Source: Camelus dromedarius (Eukaryota). From it: a DNA stretch of 64,000 nt. A model generated the notes under the pieces. The model worked only from the letters and a program-made list of their open reading frames with translations. It was not told the origin of the DNA and did not search any database. The stretch spans positions 744,001 through 808,000 of the forward strand of contig NC_087436.1 in NCBI RefSeq assembly GCF_036321535.1, in the 5' to 3' direction. Of this stretch, positions 27,025-40,730 are shown in pieces; the first letter of the stretch is position 1, and each line of letters opens with the position of its first letter. The position numbers and the translations under genes are program-made.

Positions 27025-28039
27025 CAAACCGAGTTGGAGCTAGAACCTCCCCATATATATGTATGGAATGGAGTTTGAAACTGAAAAGAAACTTTGTGTT
27101 CCCAATAAGCTAGGTGAAGGACGGCTTTCACACGCACATATCTCTCAGAACTGAGCAAGTGGAGAGACGTTCTTTCATCTAGCACCAAGGGAACGGGTTG
27201 CAGGAGACACTTTTTCCCTGCTTCCTCAGTCTGTTTCCTAGTGCCGGTTTGAAGTTCCTGCAGTTTTCACTGTAAAACCGAGTTGGAGCTTGTACCTCCC
27301 CATATATATGTATGGAATGGAGTTTGCAACTGAAAAGAAACTTTGTGTTCCCAACAAGCTAGGTGAAGGACGGCTTTCACACACACTTATCTCTCAGAAC
27401 TGAGCAAGTGGAGAGACGTTCGTTCATGTAGCACAAAGGGAACGGGTAGCAGGAGACACTTTTTCTCTGCTTTCTCAGTCTGTTTCCTAGTGCCGTTTTG
27501 AAGTTCCTGCAGTTTTCACTCTCAAACCGAGTTGGAGCTAGAACCTCCCCATATATATGTATGGAATGGAGTTTGAAACTGAAAAGAAACTTTGTGTTCC
27601 CAATAAGCTAGGTGAAGGACGGCTTTCACACGCACATAGCTCTCAGAACTGAGCAAGTGGAGAGACGTTCTTTCATCTAGCACCAAGGGAACGGGTTGCA
27701 GGAGACACTTTTTCCCTGCTTCCTCAGTCTGTTTCCTAGTGCCGGTTTGAAGTTCCTGCAGTTTTCACTGTAAAACCGAGTTGGAGCTTGTACCTCCCCA
27801 TATATATGTATGGAATGGAGTTTGCAACTGAAAAGAAACTTTGTGTTCCCAACAAGCTAGGTGAAGGACGGCTTTCACACACACTTATCTCTCAGAACTG
27901 AGCAAGTGGAGAGACGTTCGTTCATGTAGCACAAAGGGAACGGGTAGCAGGAGACACTTTTTCTCTGCTTTCTCAGTCTGTTTCCTAGTGCCGGTTTGAA
28001 GTTCCTGCAGTTTTCACTCTCAAACCGAGTTGGAGCTAG
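27025..28039 (+). repeat. Dimer (498-bp) tandem duplication
   Basis: The private variant CGGGTAGC is at 27443 and 27941. The CTAGAACC/TTTGAAAC/CAATAAG monomer is repeated at a 498-bp spacing. Confidence 0.85.
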
Positions 28040-29279
28040 TACCTCCCAATATATATGTATGGAATTGAGTTGGCAACTGAAAAGAAACTTTGTGTTCCCA
28101 ACAAGATAGGTGAAGGACGGCTTTCACACACACTTATCTCTCAGAACTGAGCAAGTGGAGAGACGTTCTTTCATGTAGCACCAAGGGAACGGGTTGCAGG
28201 AGACACTTTTTCTCTGCTTCCTCAGTCTGTTTCCTAGTGCCGGTTTGAAGTTCCTGCAGTTTTCACTGTAAAACCGAGTTGGAGCTTGTACCTCCCCATG
28301 TATATGTATGGAATGGAGTTTGCAACTGAAAAGAAACTTTGTGTTCCCAACAAGCTAGGTGAAGGACGGCTTTCACACACACTTATCTCTCAGAACTGAG
28401 CAAGTGGAGAGACGTTCGTTCATCTAGCACCAAGGGAACGGGTTGCAGGAGACACTTTTTCTCTGCTTTCTCAGTCTGTTTCCTAGTGCCGGTTTGAAGT
28501 TCCTGCAGTTTTCACTGTGAAACCGAGTTGGAGCTTCTACCTCCCAATATATATGTATGGAATGGAGTTTGCAACTGAAAAGAAACTTTGTGTTCCCAAC
28601 AAGCTAGGTGAAGGACGGCTTTCACACACACTTATCTCTCAGAACAGAGCAATTGGAGAGACGTTCGTTCATCTAGCACCAAGGGAACGCGTTGCAGGAG
28701 ACACTTTTTCTCTGCTTTCTCAGTCTGTTTCCTAGTGCCGGTTTGAAGTTCCTGCAGTTTTCACTGTCAACCCGAGGTGGAGCTAGTACCTCCCCATATA
28801 TATGTATGGAATGGAGTTTGCAACTGAAGAGAAACTTTGTGTTCCCAACAAGCAAGATGAAGGACGGCTTTCACACGCACATATCTCTCAGAACTGAGCA
28901 AGTGGAGAGATGTTCGTTCATCTAGCACAAAGGGAACGGGTTGCAGGAGACACTTTTTCTCTGCTTTCTCAGTCTGTTTCCTAGTGCCAGTTTGAAGTTC
29001 CTGCAGTTTTCATTATCAAACCGATTTGGAGCTAATATCTCCCCATATATATGTATGGAATGGAGTTTACAACTGAAAAGAAACTTTGTGTTCCCAACAA
29101 GCTTGGTGAAGCGCGGCTTTCACACACACTTATCTCTCAGAACAGAGCAAGTGGAGAGACGTTCGTTCATCCAGTACCAAGGGAACGGGTTGCAGGAGAC
29201 ACTTTTTCTCTGCTTTCTCAGTCTGTTTCCTAGTGCCGGTTTGAAGTTCCTGCAGTTATCACTGTAAAACCGAGTTGGA

Positions 29280-32200
29280 GCTTGTACCTCCCCATATATA
29301 TGTATGGAATGGAGTTTGCAACTGAAAAGAAACTTTGTGTTCCCAACAAGCTAGGTGAAGGACGGCTTTCACACACACTTATCTCTCAGAACTGAGCAAG
29401 TGGAGAGACGTTCGTTCATCTAGCACCAAGGGAACGGGTTGCAGGAGACACTTTTTCTCTGTTTTCTCAGTCTGTTTCCTAGTGCCGGTTTGAAGTTCCT
29501 GCAGTTTTCACTGTGAAACCCAGTTGGAGCTTCTACCTCCCCATATATATGTATGGAATGGAGTTTGCAACTGAAAAGAAACTTTGTGTTCCCAACAAGC
29601 AAGGTGAAGGACGGCTTTCACACACACTTATCTCTCAGAACTGAGCAAGTGGAGAGACGTTCGTTCATCTAGCACCAAGGGAACGGGTTGCAGGAGACAC
29701 TTTTTCTCTGCTTTCTCAGTCTGTTTCCTAGTGCCGGTTTGAAGTTCCTGCAGTTTTCACTGTCAATCCGAGTTGGAGCTAGTACCTCCCCGTATATATG
29801 TATGGAATGGAGTTTGCAACTGAAAAGAAACTTTGTGTTCCCAACAAGCTAGGTGAAGGACGGCTTTCACACACATTTATCTCTCAGAACTGAGCAAGTG
29901 GAGAGACGTTCGTTCATGTAGCACCAAGGGAACGAGTTGCAGGAGACACTTTTTCTTTACTTTCTCAGTCTGTTTCCTAGTGCCGGTTTGAAGTTCCTGC
30001 AGTTTTCACTGTGAAACCCAGTTGGAGCTTCTACCTCCCCATATATATGTATGGAATGGAGTTTGCAACTGAAAAGAAACTTTGTGTTCCCAACAAGCTA
30101 GGTGAAGGACCGCTTTCACACACACTTATCTCTCAGAACTGAGCAACTGGAGAGACGTTCGTTCATGTAGCACAAAGAGAAAGGGTTGCAGGAGGCACTT
30201 ATTCTCTGCATTTTCAGTCTGTTTCCTAGTGCCGGTTTGAAGTTCCTGCAGTTTTCACTGTCAAACCGAGTTGGAGCTAGTACCTCCCCATATATATGTA
30301 TTGAATTGAGTTGGCAACTGAAAAGAAACTTTGTGTTCCCAACAAGCTAGGTGAAGGACGGCTTTCACACACACTTATCTCTCAGAACTGAGCAAGTGGA
30401 GAGACGTTCGTTCATCTAGCACCAAGGGAACGGGTTGCAGGAGACACTTTTTCTCTGCTTCCTCAGTCTGTTTCCTAGTGCCGGTTTGAAGTTCCTGCAG
30501 TTTTCACTGTAAAACCGAGTTGGAGCTTGTACCTCCCCATGTATATGTATGGAATGGAGTTTGCAACTGAAAAGAAACTTTGTGTTCCCAACAAGCTAGG
30601 TGAAGGACGGCTTTCACACACACTTATCTCTCAGAACTGAGCAAGTGGAGAGACGTTCGTTCATCTAGCACCAAGGGAACGGGTTGCAGGAGACACTTTT
30701 TCTCTGCTTTCTCAGTCTGTTTCCTAGTGCCGGTTTGAAGTTCCTGCAGTTTTCACTGTGAAACCGAGTTGGAGCTTCTACCTCCCAATATATATGTATG
30801 GAATGGAGTTTGCAACTGAAAAGAAACTTTGTGTTCCCAACAAGCTAGGTGAAGGACGGCTTTCACACACACTTATCTCTCAGAACAGAGCAATTGGAGA
30901 GACGTTCGTTCATCTAGCACCAAGGGAACGCGTTGCAGGAGACACTTTTTCTCTGCTTTCTCAGTCTGTTTCCTAGTGCCGGTTTGAAGTTCCTGCAGTT
31001 TTCACTGTGAAACCGAGTTGGAGCTTCTACCTCCCAATATATATGTATGGAATGGAGTTTGCAACTGAAGAGAAACTTTGTGTTCCCAACAAGCAAGATG
31101 AAGGACGGCTTTCACACGCACATATCTCTCAGAACTGAGCAAGTGGAGAGATGTTCGTTCATCTAGCACAAAGGGAACGGGTTGCAGGAGACACTTTTTC
31201 TCTGCTTTCTCAGTCTGTTTCCTAGTGCCGGTTTGAAGTTCCTGCAGTTATCACTGTAAAACCGAGTTGGAGCTTGTACCTCCCCATATATATGTATGGA
31301 ATGGAGTTTGCAACTGAAAAGAAACTTTGTGTTCCCAACAAGCTAGGTGAAGGACGGCTTTCACACACACTTATCTCTCAGAACTGAGCAAGTGGAGAGA
31401 CGTTCGTTCATCTAGCACCAAGGGAACGGGTTGCAGGAGACACTTTTTCTCTGTTTTCTCAGTCTGTTTCCTAGTGCCGGTTTGAAGTTCCTGCAGTTTT
31501 CACTGTGAAACCCAGTTGGAGCTTCTACCTCCCCATATATATGTATGGAATGGAGTTTGCAACTGAAAAGAAACTTTGTGTTCCCAACAAGCAAGGTGAA
31601 GGACGGCTTTCACACACACTTATCTCTCAGAACTGAGCAAGTGGAGAGACGTTCGTTCATCTAGCACCAAGGGAACGGGTTGCAGGAGACACTTTTTCTC
31701 TGCTTTCTCAGTCTGTTTCCTAGTGCCGGTTTGAAGTTCCTGCAGTTTTCACTGTCAATCCGAGTTGGAGCTAGTACCTCCCCGTATATATGTATGGAAT
31801 GGAGTTTGCAACTGAAAAGAAACTTTGTGTTCCCAACAAGCTAGGTGAAGGACGGCTTTCACACACATTTATCTCTCAGAACTGAGCAAGTTGAGAGACG
31901 TTCGTTCATGTAGCACCAAGGGAACGAGTTGCAGGAGACACTTTTTCTTTACTTTCTCAGTCTGTTTCCTAGTGCCGGTTTGAAGTTCCTGCAGTTTTCA
32001 CTGTGAAACCCAGTTGGAGCTTCTACCTCCCCATATATATGTATGGAATGGAGTTTGCAACTGAAAAGAAACTTTGTGTTCCCAACAAGCTAGGTGAAGG
32101 ACCGCTTTCACACACACTTATCTCTCAGAACTGAGCAACTGGAGAGACGTTCGTTCATGTAGCACAAAGAGAAAGGGTTGCAGGAGACACTTATTCTCTG

Positions 32201-33133
32201 CATTTTCAGTCTGTTTCCTAGTGCCGGTTTGAAGTTCCTGCAGTTTTCACTGTGAAACAGAGTTGGAGCTTCTACCTCCCCATATATATGTATGGAATGG
32301 AGTTTGCAACTGAAAAGAAACTTTGTGTTCCCAACAAGCTAGGTGAAGGACGGCTTTCACACACACTTATCTCTCAGAACAGAGCAATTGGAGAGACGTT
32401 CGTTCATCTAGCACCAAGGGAACGCGTTGCAGGAGACACTTTTTCTCTGATTTCTCAGTCTGTTTCCTAGTGCCGGTTTGAAGTTCCTGCAGTTTTCACT
32501 GTCAACCCGAGTTGGAGCTAGTACCTCCCCATATATATGTATGGAATGGAGTTTGCAACTGAAAAGAAACTTTGTGTTCCCAACAAGCAAGGTGAAGGAC
32601 GGCTTTCACACGCACATATCTCTCAGAACTGAGCAAGTGGAGAGATGTTCGTTCATCTAGCACCAAGGGAACGGGTTGCAGGAGACACTTTTTCTCTGCT
32701 TTCTCAGTCTGTTTCCTAGTGCCGGTTTGAAGTTCCTGCAGTTTTCATTGTCAAACCGATTTGGAGCTAGTATCTCCCCATATATATGTATGGAATGGAG
32801 TTTACAACTGAAAAGAAACTTTGTGTTCCCAACAAGCTTGGTGAAGAGCGGCTTTCACACACACTTATCTCTCAGAACTGAGCAAGTGGAGAGACGTTCG
32901 TTCATCCAGCACCAAGGGAACGGGTTGCAGGAGACACTTTTTCTCTGCTTTCTCAGTCTGTTTCCTAGTGCCGGTTTGAAGTTCCTGCAGTTTTCACTGT
33001 CAACCCGAGATGGAGCTAGTACCTCCCCATATATATGTATGGAATGGAGTTTGCAACTGAAAAGAAACTTTGTGTTCCCAACAAGCAAGGTGAAGGACGG
33101 CTTTCACACGCACATATCTCTCAGAACTGAGCA
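29280..33133 (+). repeat. First copy of a long-range duplicated block (second copy 60147-64000)
   Basis: Eight ORF pairs have a constant offset of 30867 (for example 29420/60287, 30758/61625, 32252/63119, 32855/63722). Shared rare variants: GGAGGCACTTATT, GTATTGAATT, CCCGAGATGG. Confidence 0.92.
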
Positions 33134-36100
33134 AGTGGAGAGATGTTCGTTCATCTAGCACAAAGGGAACGGGTTGCAGGAGACACTTTTTCTCTGCTTT
33201 CTCAGTCTGTTTCCTAGTGCCAGTTTGAAGTTCCTGCAGTTTTCATTATCAAACCGATTTGGAGCTAGTATCTCCCCATATATATGTATGGAATGGAGTT
33301 TACAACTGAAAAGAAACTTTGTGTTCCCAACAAGCTTGGTGAAGAGCGGCTTTCACACACACTTATCTCTCAGAACTGAGCAAGTGGAGAGACGTTCGTT
33401 CATCCAGCACCAAGGGAACGGGTTGCAGGAGACACTTTTTCTCTGCTTTCTCAGTCTGTTTCCTAGTGCCGGTTTGAAGTTCCTGCAGTTATCACTGTAA
33501 AACCGAGTTGGAGCTTGTACCTCCCCATATATATGTATGGAATGGAGTTTGCAACTGAAAAGAAACTTTGTGTTCCCAACAAGCTAGGTGAAGGACGGCT
33601 TTCACACACACTTATCTCTCAGAACTGAGCAAGTGGAGAGACGTTCGTTCATCTAGCACCAAGGGAACGGGTTGCAGGAGACACTTTTTCTCTGTTTCTC
33701 AGTCTGTTTCCTAGTGCCGGTTTGAAGTTCCTGCAGTTTTCACTGTGAAACCCAGTTGGAGCTTCTACCTCCCCATATATATGTATGGAATGGAGTTTGC
33801 AACTGAAAAGAAACTTTGTGTTCCCAACAAGCAAGGTGAAGGACGGCTTTCACACACACTTATCTCTCAGAACTGAGCAAGTGGAGAGACGTTCGTTCAT
33901 CTAGCACCAAGGGAACGGGTTGCAGGAGACACTTTTTCTCTGCTTTCTCAGTCTGTTTCCTAGTGCCGGTTTGAAGTTCCTGCAGTTTTCACTGTCAATC
34001 CGAGTTGGAGCTAGTACCTCCCCGTATATATGTATGGAATGGAGTTTGCAACTGAAAAGAAACTTTGTGTTCCCAACAAGCTAGGTGAAGGACGGCTTTC
34101 ACACACATTTATCTCTCAGAACTGAGCAAGTGGAGAGACGTTCGTTCATGTAGCACCAAGGGAACGAGTTGCAGGAGACACTTTTTCTTTGCTTTCTCAG
34201 TCTGTTTCCTAGTGCCGGTTTGAAGTTCCTGCAGTTTTCACTGTGAAACCCAGTTGGAGCTTCTACCTCCCCATATATATGTATGGAATGGAGTTTGCAA
34301 CTGAAAAGAAACTTTGTGTTCCCAACAAGCTAGGTGAAGGACCGCTTTCACACACACTTATCTCTCAGAACTGAGCAACTGGAGAGACGTTCGTTCATGT
34401 AGCACAAAGAGAAAGGGTTGCAGGAGACACTTATTCTCTGCATTTTCAGTCTGTTTCCTAGTGCCGGTTTGAAGTTCCTGCAGTTTTCACTGTCAAACCG
34501 AGTTGGAGCTAGTACCTCCCCATATATATGTATGGAATTGAGTTGGCAACTGAAAAGAAACTTTGTGTTCCCAACAAGCTAGGTGAAGGACGGCTTTCAC
34601 ACACACTTATCTCTCAGAACTGAGTAAGTGGAGAGACATTTTTTCATGTAGCAGCAAGGGAACGGGTTGCAGGAGACACTTTTTCTCTGCTTCCTCAGTC
34701 TGTTTCCTAGTGCCGGTTTGAAGTTCCTGCAGTTTTCACTGTAAAACCGAGTTGGAGCTTGTACCTCCCCATATATATGTATGGAATGGAGTTTGCAACT
34801 GAAAAGAAACTTTGTGTTCCCAACAAGCTAGGTGAAGGACGGCTTTCACACACACTTATCTCTCAGAACTGAGCAAGTGGAGAGACGTTCGTTCATGTAG
34901 CACAAAGGGAACGGGTTGCAGGAGACACTTTTTCTCTGCTTTCTCAGTCTGTTTCCTAGTGCCGGTTTGAAGTTCCTGCAGTTTTCACTCTCAAACCGAG
35001 TTGGAGCTAGTACCTCCCAATATATATGTATGGAATTGAGTTGGCAACTGAAAAGAAACTTTGTGTTCCCAACAAGCTAGGTGAAGGACGGCTTTCACAC
35101 ACACTTATCTCTCAGAACTGAGCAAGTGGAGAGACGTTCTTTCATGTAGCACCAAGGGAACGGGTTGCAGGAGACACTTTTTCTCTGCTTCCTCATTCTG
35201 TTTCCTAGTGCCGGTTTGAAGTTCCTGCAGTTTTCACTGTAAAACCGAGTTGGAGCTTGTACCTCCCCATATATATGTATGGAATGGAGTTTGCAACTGA
35301 AAAGAAACTTTGTGTTCCCAACAAGCTAGGTGAAGGACGGCTTTCACACACACTTATCTCTCAGAACTGAGCAAGTGGAGAGACGTTCGTTCATCTAGCA
35401 CCAAGGGAACGGGTTGCAGGAGGCACTTTTTCTCTGCTTTCTCAGTCTGTTTCCTAGTGCCGGTTTGAAGTTCCTGCAGTTTTCACTGTGAAACAGAGTT
35501 GGAGCTTCTACCTCCCCATATATATGTATGGAATGGAGTTTGCAACTGAAAAGAAACTTTGTGTTCCCAACAAGCTAGGTGAAGGACGGCTTTCACACAC
35601 ACTTATCTCTCAGAACAGAGCAATTGGAGAGACGTTCGTTCATCTAGCACCAAGGGAACGCGTTGCAGGAGACACTTTTTCTCTGATTTCTCAGTCTGTT
35701 TCCTAGTGCCGGTTTGAAGTTCCTGCAGTTTTCACTGTCAACCCGAGTTGGAGCTAGTACCTCCCCATATATATGTATGGAATGGAGTTTGCAACTGAAA
35801 AGAAACTTTGTGTTCCCAACAAGCAAGGTGAAGGACGGCTTTCACACGCACATATCTCTCAGAACTGAGCAAGTGGAGAGATGTTCGTTCATCTAGCACC
35901 AAGGGAACGGGTTGCAGGAGACACTTTTTCTCTGCTTTCTCAGTCTGTTTCCTAGTGCCGGTTTGAAGTTCCTGCAGTTTTCACTGTCAAACCGCTTTGG
36001 AGCTAGTATCTCCCCATATATATGTATGGAATGGAGTTTACAACTGAAAAGAAACTTTGTGTTCCCAACAAGCTTGGTGAAGAGCGGCTTTCACACACAC

Positions 36101-36159
36101 TTATCTCTCAGAACTGAGCAAGTGGAGAGACGTTCGTTCATCCAGCACCAAGGGAACGG

Positions 36160-39100
36160 GTTGCAGGAGACACTTTTTCTCTGCTTTCTCAGTCTGTTTC
36201 CTAGTGCCGGTTTGAAGTTCCTGCAGTTATCACTGTAAAACCGAGTTGGAGCTTGTACCTCCCCATATATATGTATGGAATGGAGTTTGCAACTGAAAAG
36301 AAACTTTGTGTTCCCAACAAGCTAGGTGAAGGACGGCTTTCACACACACTTATCTCTCAGAACTGAGCAAGTGGAGAGACGTTCGTTCATCTAGCACCAA
36401 GGGAACGGGTTGCAGGAGACACTTTTTCTCTGTTTTCTCAGTCTGTTTCCTAGTGCCGGTTTGAAGTTCCTGCAGTTTTCACTGTGAACCCATTTGGAGC
36501 TTGTACCTCCCCATATATATGTATGGAATGGAGTTTGCAACTGAAAAGAAACTTTGTGTTCCCAACAAGCAAGCTGAAGGACGGCTTTCACACGCACATA
36601 TCTCTCAGAACTGAGCAAGTGGAGAGATGTTCGTTCATCTAGCACAAAGGGAACGGGTTGCAGGAGACACTTTTTCTCTGCTTTCTCAGTCTGTTTCCTA
36701 GTGCCAGTTTGAAGTTCCTGCAGTTTTCATTATCAAACCGATTTGGAGCTAGTATCTCCCCATATATATGTATGGAATGGAGTTTACAACTGAAAAGAAA
36801 CTTTGTGTTCCCAACAAGCTTGGTGAAGAGCGGCTTTCACACACACTTATCTCTCAGAACTGAGCAAGTGGAGAGACGTTCGTTCATCCAGCACCAAGTG
36901 TACGGGTTGCAGGAGACACTTTTTCTCTGCTTTCTCAGTCTGTTTCCTAGTGCCGGTTTGAAGTTCCTGCAGTTATCACTGTAAAACCGAGTTGGAGCTT
37001 GTACCTCCCCATATATATGTATGGAATGGAGTTTGCAACTGAAAAGAAACTTTGTGTTCCCAACAAGCTAGGTGAAGGACGGCTTTCACACACACTTATC
37101 TCTCAGAACTGAGCAAGTGGAGAGACGTTCGTTCATGTAGCACAAAGGGAACGGGTTGCAGGAGACACTTTTTCTCTGCTTTCTCAGTCTGTTTCCTAGT
37201 GCCGGTTTGAAGTTCCTGCAGTTTTCACTCTCAAACCGAGTTGGAGCTAGTATCTCCCCATATATATGTATGGAATGGAGTTTACAACTGAAAAGAAACT
37301 TTGTGTTCCCAACAAGCTTGGTGAAGAGCGGCTTTCACACACACTTATCTCTCAGAACTGAGCAAGTGGAGAGACGTTCGTTCATCCAGCACCAAGGGTA
37401 CGGGTTGCAGGGGACACTTTTTCTCTGCTTTCTCAGTCTGTTTCCTAGTGCCGGTTAGAAGTTCCTGCAGTTTTCACTGTAAAACCGAGTTGGAGCTTGT
37501 ACCTCCCCATATATATGTATGGAATGGAGTTTGCAACTGAAAAGAAACTTTGTGTTCCCAACAAGCTAGGTGAAGGACGGCTTTCACACACACTTATCTC
37601 TCAGAACTGAGCAAGTGGAGAGACGTTCGTTTATGTAGCACAAAGGGAACGGGTTGCAGGAGACACTTTTTCTCTGTTTTCTCAGTCTGTTTCCTAGTGC
37701 CGGTTTGAAGTTCCTGCAGTTTTCACTGTGAAACAGAGTTGGAGCTTCTACCTCCCCATATATATGTATGGAATGGAGTTTGCAACTGAAAAGAAACTTT
37801 GTGTTCCCAACAAGCTAGGTGAAGGACGGCTTTCACACACACTTATCTCTCAGAACAGAGCAATTGGAGAGACGTTCGTTCATCTAGCACCAAGGGAACG
37901 CGTTGCAGGAGACACTTTTTCTCTGCTTTCTCAGTCTGTTTCCTAGTGCCGGTTTGAAGTTCCTGCAGTTTTCACTGTCAAACCGAGGTGGAGCTAGTAC
38001 CTCCCCATATATATGTATGGAATGGAGTTTGCAACTGAAAAGAAACTTTGTGTTCCCAACAAGCAAGGTGAAGGACGGCTTTCACACGCACATATCTCTC
38101 AGAACTGAGCAAGTGGAGAGATGTTCGTTCATCTAGCACCAAGGGAACGGGTTGCAGGAGACACTTTTTCTCTGCTTTCTCAGTCTGTTTCCTAGTGCCG
38201 GTTTGAAGTTCCTGCAGTTTTCATTGTCAAACCGATTTGGAGCTAGTATCTCCCCATATATATGTATGGAATGGAGTTTACAACTGAAAAGAAACTTTGT
38301 GTTCCCAACAAGCTTGGTGAAGAGCGGCTTTCACACACACTTATCTCTCAGAACTGAGCAAGTGGAGAGACGTTCGTTCATCCAGCACCAAGGGAAAGGG
38401 TTGCAGGAGACACTTTTTCTCTGCTTTCTCAGTCTGTTTCCTAGTGCCGGTTTGAAGTTCCTGCAGTTATCACTGTAAAACCGAGTTGGAGCTTGTACCT
38501 CCCCATATATATGTATGGAATGGAGTTTGCAACTGAAAAGAAACTTTGTGTTCCCAACAAGCTAGGTGAAGGACGGCTTTCACACACACTTATCTCTCAG
38601 AACTGAGCAAGTGGAGAGACGTTCGTTCATCTAGCACCAAGGGAACGGGTTGCAGGAGACACTTTTTCTCTGTTTTCTCAGTCTGTTTCCTAGTGCCGGT
38701 TTGAAGTTCCTGCAGTTTTCACTGTGAACCCATTTGGAGCTTGTACCTCCCCATATATATGTATGGAATGGAGTTTGCAACTGAAAAGAAACTTTGTGTT
38801 CCCAACAAGCAAGGTGAAGGACGGCTTTCACACGCACATATCTCTCAGAACTGAGCAAGTGGAGAGATGTTCGTTCATCTAGCACAAAGGGAACGGGTTG
38901 CAGGAGACACTTTTTCTCTGCTTTCTCAGTCTGTTTCCTAGTGCCAGTTTGAAGTTCCTGCAGTTTTCATTATCAAACCGATTTGGAGCTAGTATCTCCC
39001 CATATATATGTATGGAATGGAGTTTACAACTGAAAAGAAACTTTGTGTTCCCAACAAGCTTGGTGAAGAGCGGCTTTCACACACACTTATCTCTCAGAAC

Positions 39101-40730
39101 TGAGCAAGTGGAGAGACGTTCGTTCATCCAGCACCAAGTGTACGGGTTGCAGGAGACACTTTTTCTCTGCTTTCTCAGTCTGTTTCCTAGTGCCGGTTTG
39201 AAGTTCCTGCAGTTATCACTGTAAAACCGAGTTGGAGCTTGTACCTCCCCATATATATGTATGGAATGGAGTTTGCAACTGAAAAGAAACTTTGTGTTCC
39301 CAACAAGCTAGGTGAAGGACGGCTTTCACACACACTTATCTCTCAGAACTGAGCAAGTGGAGAGACGTTCGTTCATGTAGCACAAAGGGAACGGGTTGCA
39401 GGAGACACTTTTTCTCTGCTTTCTCAGTCTGTTTCCTAGTGCCGGTTTGAAGTTCCTGCAGTTTTCACTCTCAAACCGAGTTGGAGCTAGTATCTCCCCA
39501 TATATATGTATGGATTGGAGTTTACAACTGAAAAGAAACTTTGTGTTCCCAACAAGCTTGGTGAAGAGCGGCTTTCACACACACTTATCTCTCAGAACTG
39601 AGCAAGTGGAGAGACGTTCGTTCATCCAGCACCAAGGGTACGGGTTGCAGGAGACACTTTTTCTCTGCTTTCTCAGTCTGTTTCCTAGTGCCGGTTTGAA
39701 GTTCCTGCAGTTTTCACTGTAAAACCGAGTTGGAGCTTGTACCTCCCCATATATATGTATGGAATGGAGTTTGCAACTGAAAAGAAACTTTGTGTTCCCA
39801 ACAAGCTAGGTGAAGGACGGCTTTCACACACACTTATCTCTCAGAACTGAGCAAGTGGAGAGACGTTCGTTTATGTAGCACAAAGGGAACGGGTTGCAGG
39901 AGACACTTTTTCTCTGTTTTCTCAGTCTGTTTCCTAGTGCCGGTTTGAAGTTCCTGCAGTTTTCACCAACAGAGTTGGAGCTTCTACCTCCCCATATATA
40001 TGTATGGAATGGAGTTTGCAACTGAAAAGAAACTTTGTGTTCCCAACAAGCTAGGTGAAGGACGGCTTTCACACACACTTATCTCTCAGAACAGAGCAAT
40101 TGGAGAGACGTTCGTTCATCTAGCACCAAGGGAACGCGTTGCAGGAGACACTTTTTCTCTGCTTTCTCAGTCTGTTTCCTAGTGCCGGTTTGAAGTTCCT
40201 GCAGTTTTCACTGTCAAACCGAGGTGGAGCTAGTACCTCCCCATATATATGTATGGAATGGAGTTTGCAACTGAAAAGAAACTTTGTGTTCCCAACAAGC
40301 AAGGTGAAGGACGGCTTTCACACGCACATATCTCTCAGAACTGAGCAAGTGGAGAGATGTTCGTTCATCTAGCACCAAGGGAACGGGTTGCAGGAGACAC
40401 TTTTTCTCTGCTTTCTCAGTCTGTTTCCTAGTGCCGGTTTGAAGTTCCTGCAGTTTTCATTGTCAAACCGATTTGGAGCTAGTATCTCCCCATATATATG
40501 TATGGAATGGAGTTTACAACTGAAAAGAAACTTTGTGTTCCCAACAAGCTTGGTGAAGAGCGGCTTTCACACACACTTATCTCTCAGAACTGAGCAAGTG
40601 GAGAGACGTTCGTTCATCCAGCACCAAGGGAAAGGGTTGCAGGAGACACTTTTTCTCTGCTTTCTCAGTCTGTTTCCTAGTGCCGGTTTGAAGTTCCTGC
40701 AGTTATCACTGTAAAACCGAGTTGGAGCTT
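36160..40730 (+). repeat. 9-monomer (2240-bp) tandem duplication
   Basis: ORFs 36391/38631, 36658/38898 and 37156/39396 differ by 2240 (9x249-1). The offset becomes 2236 after the net 4-bp deletion at about 39966. Confidence 0.88.
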
